From the NCBI GenBank assembly GCA_032128875.1, contig JAVLKG010000002.1:544001-608000 (forward strand): 64,000 nucleotides of DNA. Reading direction: 5' to 3'. Under the pieces are notes generated by a model. The model searched no databases. It saw only the letters and a program-made list of their open reading frames with translations, and was not told where the DNA came from. The position numbers and the translations under genes are program-made. Positions 58,434 through 64,000 of this stretch are shown here, piece by piece. Numbering within the stretch: position 1 is the first letter of the stretch; every line of letters begins with the position of its first letter. Origin of the DNA: Candidatus Melainabacteria bacterium 17Bon1m (GTDB taxonomy: Bacteria; Cyanobacteriota; Vampirovibrionia; Obscuribacterales; Obscuribacteraceae).

Positions 58434-59747
58434 GTGAACGTCAATTCGATTGCTTTAGAAATCACCGTCATTTTGGTGCTGATTCTCATCAATGGAGTCT
58501 TTGCGCTCTCGGAGATGGCACTGGTTAGTTGCCGCCGCCCTCTGCTGCTCAAACTCGCAGAGGAAGACAAGCCAGGAGCCAAAGCAGCGCTGGCTTTGAC
58601 CGATTCACCCAACACCTTTCTTTCGACAATTCAAATAGGCATTACACTCGTTGCCATTCTTGCCGGTGCTTTCGGCGGAGCTACCTTGGCTGACGAGCTT
58701 TCCGACCAGCTAGAAGGAATAGAGCATCTTCGCCCGTATGCCGATTCGATAGCGTTTGCGATCGTTGTCGTATGCACTACTTATCTGTCGCTCATTGCTG
58801 GTGAGTTAGTGCCAAAGCGTATTGCGCTTTCCAATCCCGAAGGAATTTCTTGCATCATTGCGCCGTTCATGAAATTTCTGTCTCACTTTGCCTCGCCGGT
58901 GGTTAAATTCCTCTCGCTTTCGACCAACCTTGCTGCTGGTGTCTTTGGTGTCGAAGATGACAAAGCACGAGAGGTGTCAGAACGCGAAATTCAGGCCATG
59001 GTCGACGAAGGTGCACGAGTCGGAGTATTTCAAGAAACCGAGCACGACCTTTTGTGCGGGGTTTTCGGACTGGATGAGCGAAAAGTATCGGCAGTAATGA
59101 CGCCGGTTACAGAGCTTATTTGGCTCGATGTAGATGCGCCGCAAGAAGAAGTTATGTCTCGGGTATTTGCCCACCCGCACACCAAGTTTCCAGTGGCACG
59201 GGGCTCTCTGGATAACTTCCTCGGAGTGGTCAGAGCGCGCGAACTGCTCACAATTTGGGCTCGCGAAGGCAAAATTGACTTGGAAAAACTCATCCGCAAA
59301 CCGCTCATGATGCCCGACACCAAGAGTGCACTCAATGCACTGGCTGATTTCCGCCGAGACAAAGTGAGCGGAGCGATGGTGGTTGACGAACATGGCAGTC
59401 TGCGTGGGCTGGTGACCGTTTCCGACATCCTGAGTTCGATTGTGGGCGATGTGCAAATTTCAGACGAAACTGTTTCTTACCTCACTGTCGTTACGCGCGA
59501 TGACGGAGGTTTTTTGGTGGACGGTATGCTGCCTATTGCCGAGTTCAAAAAGCGCCTGTCGGCAACCGAGTTACCCGACCAGCACTCTGGCAAGTATGAA
59601 ACAGTGGCCGGACTAATAGTTCATCTCTTAGGTCATGTACCGGCCACTGGTGAAGTCGCCACCTGGAACGATTTGCGGTTCGAAGTCATTGATATGGACG
59701 GTTTTAAGATCGATAAAGTCGCCGTTTCTTACCACAAGGCGTCGTGA
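58434..59747 (+). CDS. Hemolysin/CorC (CNNM-CBS-CorC_HlyC) family Mg2+ transport protein
   Basis: NGVFALSEMA, FLSTIQIGIT, GELVPKRIA, VMTP, VDEHG and YETVAG motifs. Confidence 0.93.
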   Translation: MNVNSIALEITVILVLILINGVFALSEMALVSCRRPLLLKLAEEDKPGAKAALALTDSPNTFLSTIQIGITLVAILAGAFGGATLADELSDQLEGIEHLRPYADSIAFAIVVVCTTYLSLIAGELVPKRIALSNPEGISCIIAPFMKFLSHFASPVVKFLSLSTNLAAGVFGVEDDKAREVSEREIQAMVDEGARVGVFQETEHDLLCGVFGLDERKVSAVMTPVTELIWLDVDAPQEEVMSRVFAHPHTKFPVARGSLDNFLGVVRARELLTIWAREGKIDLEKLIRKPLMMPDTKSALNALADFRRDKVSGAMVVDEHGSLRGLVTVSDILSSIVGDVQISDETVSYLTVVTRDDGGFLVDGMLPIAEFKKRLSATELPDQHSGKYETVAGLIVHLLGHVPATGEVATWNDLRFEVIDMDGFKIDKVAVSYHKAS

Positions 59748-59808
59748 GAAAGCTTTCCCCAGCTTTGGTATGATGGGTTAAGAGGGCTCTAATTTAGCAA
59801 CAGGCCAC

Positions 59809-60753
59809 ATGGACGACACAGTCGACACCTTGCTGCGCATGCTTCCTGAAAAAGAGCAGGAGATGGGGAGTGAAAGCACCCAGCTCGCTGACTACTTAAC
59901 AGTGCTTGCGTTGACTCTTTACCATGAAAGCCGCTTCCCGGAAGCGGAGAATATGTTTCACCGCGCCTTGTCCATCAGAGAAAAGGTATTGGCGGTAGAT
60001 CACGCTGATATTGGCGTATCGCTCAACCATTTGGGCATGGTAATGCTGGCACAGGGGCACTTTTCCGAGGCTGAGCCTCTTTTCCGCCGGGCACTGACGA
60101 TCCAAGAAAGAGCGCTGGGATTTGAACATATAAGTTTGGCGGCTGGATTGAACAATCTGGCCGAGCTATATCGCATTTTGGGAAGGCCTGAGCCTGCTGA
60201 AAAACTCTATCGTCGCGCTTTGACAATACGTGAGCGACATCTTGGGTCTGACCATCCGGAAGTGGCTGAGGTTCTAAATAATCTGGGATTGCTCTATTAC
60301 GACTTGGGGCGCAATGCTGATGCAGAACCGCTCTACAGGCGTGTTTTGGCGATTCAGGAAAAGTATTTGGGCAAGGATCATCCCATCGTTGCGACCACTC
60401 TGTCTAATTTGGCTGCGCTTTTTACCGACAAAGATTCGTTCGATAAGGCTGAACCCCTGCACATTCGTGCGCTATCAATTAGAGAGCGAATATTGAGTAC
60501 TGAACATCCAAAAGTGGCGGAAAGCTTGAACAATCTTGGCTGGCTGTACCATCAGCGTGGCAACTATTCGCGAGCGGAATCTATGTACTCACGTGCGATC
60601 CAGATTTGGGAACGCTCCTTGGGACCTGAGCATTCGAATGTCGCCGCATGTCTTGAGAATTATGCCGATTTGATGCGCAAGACCGATCGCGAAATCGACG
60701 CGGTAGCTTTGGAGCAACGCGTCTACGTCATTCGCAGAAAAAACGCCCATTAG
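59809..60753 (+). CDS. TPR protein (kinesin-light-chain-like 42-aa repeats)
   Basis: About six repeats of the type LNNLG.LY...G....AEPLY.RAL.IRE..LG.DHP. Confidence 0.9.
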   Translation: MDDTVDTLLRMLPEKEQEMGSESTQLADYLTVLALTLYHESRFPEAENMFHRALSIREKVLAVDHADIGVSLNHLGMVMLAQGHFSEAEPLFRRALTIQERALGFEHISLAAGLNNLAELYRILGRPEPAEKLYRRALTIRERHLGSDHPEVAEVLNNLGLLYYDLGRNADAEPLYRRVLAIQEKYLGKDHPIVATTLSNLAALFTDKDSFDKAEPLHIRALSIRERILSTEHPKVAESLNNLGWLYHQRGNYSRAESMYSRAIQIWERSLGPEHSNVAACLENYADLMRKTDREIDAVALEQRVYVIRRKNAH

Positions 60754-60812
60754 TTGAAAGAGGCGCTAGAATCTAGGGCGGTTATTCCGTCTACGTCTTT
60801 GCGTGCAAACCT

Positions 60813-61664
60813 ATGATCCCGACTAAAGCAAGCGAAAGAGAATCGTTCACTCTCACTAAAGTTGAAATTGAAGGCATCCCAAACGCGCATATATTGGAGA
60901 GCGACTCAATAGATAGTTTGCTGGTGGCACCCGGGCGTCACTTGCTTGGTTATCGGCGCCAATTGGCTGCTTTCACTGCGACCGTCACTTGGATTGATGC
61001 GCTCCATGCGGCAAAGGAATTGCCGGAAAATTTAAACGAACTCTGCACCGTAACCGTGATGGCTGAGGGATGTGGTCACAACCTTCCGACGGCAGTCGGG
61101 TGTGCTCTCGATGGCGCTCATTATCGCGGTGACAATTGGATTGGTGTCAGCCGTTTTGCATTACCTAATAAAGAAGGGCAAGACTACACAGACTTCGATG
61201 CGAAAGTAACGTACATGCGCATGCACTCTGCAGCGCCTGTTTGGTTGATGCTGGATACAATCGCTACCGGCGCTACATTGATAAAAGGTCTGACTGCGAC
61301 TTTTGAAAACTGCAAAAAGCCGAAGCGCATTTTGCTGGCTGCGACTTGCGGCTCGGTTGTCGGAACCCGTAAGATCGTCGAATTTCTGCAGTCGGAAAAA
61401 ATTGAGGTGCACGTGACCTTTTGGGGGGCGGCTTTCGGACTCTGGAATGATGGGACAGGATTGCCGTGGTGCCACCCTGATACGATCATTTCTGGCACCA
61501 CGCGCGGTGTGACAAATCGTCAGATTGCCGGAAGACTTTTCAATGAAATTCCCGGCTTCTGTGCAGTCGGAGATTGCTCAGCCAACTTCTTCGATGTTGA
61601 AGACGCTAAGCGAGTATTAAAGGAAGAAGAGTACAAATTCTCCTGGCGCCTGCCGACATTGTGA
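60813..61664 (+). CDS. Type I phosphoribosyltransferase-fold protein (UPRT-like, divergent)
   Basis: PRPP-loop-like WLMLDTIATGATL, VMAEG, GVSR and C-terminal VGDC echo UPRT features. Confidence 0.6.
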   Translation: MIPTKASERESFTLTKVEIEGIPNAHILESDSIDSLLVAPGRHLLGYRRQLAAFTATVTWIDALHAAKELPENLNELCTVTVMAEGCGHNLPTAVGCALDGAHYRGDNWIGVSRFALPNKEGQDYTDFDAKVTYMRMHSAAPVWLMLDTIATGATLIKGLTATFENCKKPKRILLAATCGSVVGTRKIVEFLQSEKIEVHVTFWGAAFGLWNDGTGLPWCHPDTIISGTTRGVTNRQIAGRLFNEIPGFCAVGDCSANFFDVEDAKRVLKEEEYKFSWRLPTL

Positions 61665-61677
61665 CTTCTGCTCACTC

Positions 61678-61730
61678 GTAGGAGAGCCGCATGCGGCTCC
61701 CTGGCAGGGAAGCGCATGCGCTTCCCCTAC
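61678..61730. repeat. Inverted REP doublet (REPIN-like)
   Basis: GTAG-GAGAGCCGCATGCGGCTCCC-TGGC-AGGGAAGCGCATGCGCTTCCC-CTAC; overlaps the kinase stop codon. Confidence 0.7.
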
Positions 61731-63370
61731 GAGAATTGATTAAGGTCTTCTCTGAGCTCTGATGCTTTCAAATAGCGCTTCGGAGCTGACAGAGCTGTTG
61801 ATTTCGCAACAATTTCGTCGATGCTATCGCTTAACCCTTCAATTTGTTTTTTTGGGTGAGAACAGGTTATTGGTTCTGGATCTTCACCCGTCAGTAGGTA
61901 GAACAGCGTTGCACCCATGGAATAAATGTCGCTTTGTGTTGTCGGTTTGCCACGGAATTGCTCTGGTGAAATAAAGCAGTGTTTTCCAACTACCGTGCCA
62001 GTTGCAGTGGACTCCTGCTGCTGTGCGACGTTAAAATCCACAAGTTTCAAAACACCATCTTTGGAAAGGATGAGATTGTCTGGCGTGAAATCTCTATGCA
62101 CCACAGGTGGTTCAAGACCATGAAGATATTCGAGCATGTCGCACATTTGCAATGCGAGCGAACGTACTTCTGTTTCAGTAAGTCGTCCACTTTCGGAAAC
62201 CTTTTGCCGCAACGACTGTCCGTCAATGCGCTCAAGAACCAGATATCCTCTATGATCTTCGATAAAGAAGTCGATCAGTTTTACGATGCGATCGTGATTG
62301 AGTTTGCTCAAAATCTCAGCTTCATTCTGCATTTTCTCCACAGATTGTCTGCGAACATTTACATCCACATAAACTGGAAGGATAAACTCTTTCAATACAA
62401 CCGCATGGTTATTGTCGATTTCTCTTGCTCCGTAGGCAGTGCCTTGCCCTCCGACACCCAGACGACCGAGAATTTCATATTGTGAATCTCTAAGCAAGGC
62501 GCCCTCATGCAGAGGGGTTAAACGCTCGCGTTTTGGGGGTTGTGAAAGAGCTTGCAGCCAAAGTTCTGTATAACCGTGAGTATGCGGTTCAGACAGCATG
62601 TCGGACAGTTCTGGCGCACGCGATGCGTGTGGTGCCCACCTATTAATTGCATCCATAAGTGATTGTCGCGAATCAATGGAAGGCAATGCGCCGTATTTTA
62701 TTTTGAGTGGTTCACCATCAATCGGAGTAAAACAAAGGAGGCTATCCTGTGGTGATGTCTTATTTGGAGGCCACTCAACGCTGATACGCTGCAGGTTTTG
62801 CCAATTGAGAGACTTGTGATACCACTCGCTGCGACGTTTCCAAACGAGGGAAATTCCCTTTCCATTTAGGACGACATGTGTCGGATGTCTCAAATACATG
62901 TACAAAAGCATGAAAATAGCAAGAGCCATCATAATGGTCATCCACAGAATGATCATCACGTTTGATCCAGCGGCGCTTGCGGCAGCAGCCGCTGCAGTCC
63001 CGGTGCCCGGTAAACCTGCAATCAATGTTTGAGTAATCCACTCAATTACTTTGCCGGGACCACCGAAGCCAAAGAACGTCACAACAAGGGTCGTAGCGAA
63101 CCATGTCTTAGGAGCGCTCCATGCAGAGAATCTATGCGCAAGCCACTTCTCCGTGCTCGCAAACGGTTTGTACGGTAATACAACTTCTTGCGTATCTAGG
63201 ACTTCATTCTTCTCTACCGGAATTAAGCTTTTCGCTGCAAGGTCGGCTTCAATTTTTGAGACTTCTTTATTGAAGGCGACCTCGAACTTATTTGCGAGTT
63301 CATCCGGTACGTCAGTTTCTTTCGATTCCGGCGTTTCTTGCTTAGGGTCTAGATTCTCTGTTTCTGTCAT
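61727..63370 (-). CDS. Membrane-anchored Ser/Thr protein kinase (N-terminal TMs, soluble domain, C-terminal kinase)
   Basis: GVGGQG, VVLKE, HRDFTPDN, DFN, SPEQ and DIYSMG motifs. Confidence 0.9.
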   Translation of the reverse strand: MTETENLDPKQETPESKETDVPDELANKFEVAFNKEVSKIEADLAAKSLIPVEKNEVLDTQEVVLPYKPFASTEKWLAHRFSAWSAPKTWFATTLVVTFFGFGGPGKVIEWITQTLIAGLPGTGTAAAAAASAAGSNVMIILWMTIMMALAIFMLLYMYLRHPTHVVLNGKGISLVWKRRSEWYHKSLNWQNLQRISVEWPPNKTSPQDSLLCFTPIDGEPLKIKYGALPSIDSRQSLMDAINRWAPHASRAPELSDMLSEPHTHGYTELWLQALSQPPKRERLTPLHEGALLRDSQYEILGRLGVGGQGTAYGAREIDNNHAVVLKEFILPVYVDVNVRRQSVEKMQNEAEILSKLNHDRIVKLIDFFIEDHRGYLVLERIDGQSLRQKVSESGRLTETEVRSLALQMCDMLEYLHGLEPPVVHRDFTPDNLILSKDGVLKLVDFNVAQQQESTATGTVVGKHCFISPEQFRGKPTTQSDIYSMGATLFYLLTGEDPEPITCSHPKKQIEGLSDSIDEIVAKSTALSAPKRYLKASELREDLNQFS

Positions 63371-64000
63371 TGTCCCGGCTCGTGTCCGTTTTTACCATTG
63401 GATTCTTTATTGCTGTTTTTGCCGTTGTCTTTGCCAATACTAGTATCAGTGCCGGTGCCGATTGTCACACGCAAATCTGCGAAGCTCTCTGCCACCGCAA
63501 CGGCAGATTGCGGACGATCAGATTCTTCCATACTTGTTAGTTTGTAGATCAATTCGTTGAGCGCATCGGGTACGTCAGGTCTGAGTTCTTTCGGGTTTGA
63601 TTCCGATAGAGGCTCTGGATCTTTTGCTGTAAGAAGATAATGCAGTGTTCCACCGAGAGCATAAATGTCGCTCAGAGTGCTGGCCTTGCCGCGCAGTTGT
63701 TCTGGCGCCATGTATGCTTGTTTTCCGACTAGAGTTCCGGTTGCTGTACCGACAAATTCGTTCGCTGCACCAAAGTCGATCAGTTTTACAGAACCGTTTT
63801 CATTCAAAACAATATTTTCTGGTGTCAAATCACGGTGAACGATCGGCGGTGCCTGTTCGTGTAAATACTTGAGAATGCCTGCGATCTCGTGCGCCCATTT
63901 CACAACATGGACAGTTGCTTGCGGCCCATTCTGTTTCACGAGTTGTCGTAAGTCTTGCCCGCGTACATATTCAAGCAAGAGATAATGTCTTCCTTCTTCG
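63367..64000 (-). CDS. Ser/Thr protein kinase (5' end outside the window)
   Basis: HRDLTPEN, DFG, APEQ, DIYALG; frame is open to the window end; ATGA overlap with the next kinase. Confidence 0.9.
   Translation of the reverse strand, partial: EEGRHYLLLEYVRGQDLRQLVKQNGPQATVHVVKWAHEIAGILKYLHEQAPPIVHRDLTPENIVLNENGSVKLIDFGAANEFVGTATGTLVGKQAYMAPEQLRGKASTLSDIYALGGTLHYLLTAKDPEPLSESNPKELRPDVPDALNELIYKLTSMEESDRPQSAVAVAESFADLRVTIGTGTDTSIGKDNGKNSNKESNGKNGHEPGQ

Noticed and set aside
58434-59747. 'Hemolysin' as a toxin or virulence factor
   Set aside because: The CNNM/CBS/CorC architecture indicates a Mg2+ homeostasis protein; the name is historical.
59900-60680. ~126-bp periodicity in the DNA
   Set aside because: Explained by the 42-aa TPR repeats of the coding sequence.
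1-64000. CRISPR array, cas genes, tRNA/rRNA, transposase, integrase or prophage
   Set aside because: No regularly spaced repeat-spacer run, no cloverleaf or rRNA-like stretch in the short intergenic gaps, and no ORF with the relevant motifs.

Overview
A 64-kb, gene-dense bacterial chromosomal region with about 52 CDS. Inference from gene content (membrane-anchored Ser/Thr kinases, standalone TonB-C proteins, TadE-like and DUF6088-like proteins, cyanobacterial-style CtpA and FIST, no photosynthesis genes): probably a non-photosynthetic cyanobacterial relative (Melainabacteria/Vampirovibrionia, Obscuribacterales-like). Most of it is housekeeping: trmJ-like methylase, lipid-remodelling genes, GH31, htpX, fumC, korAB, guaD-hpt, M16 pair, mtnP, ctpA, ppdK with its regulator, MBOAT/SGNH pair, CorC. 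There is a probable 6S RNA and a family of GTAG-type REP-like palindromes. I found no CRISPR array, tRNA/rRNA, transposase or prophage. Best candidates for something undescribed: (1) a divergent TonB-C / AIM24 / M48 protease locus where the TonB-C protein and the protease share the same N-terminal cytoplasmic domain; (2) three tandem APC-fold transporters carrying KimA/KUP K+ motifs next to a FIST sensor; (3) three apparent pseudo-enzymes (HtpX-like, ThDP-enzyme-like, BioD-like); (4) a split FluG/NodGS-like pair; (5) an orphan AbiEi/DUF6088-like gene with twin upstream palindromes and a flanking 11-bp direct repeat. All family calls come from reading motifs by eye; no searches were run.
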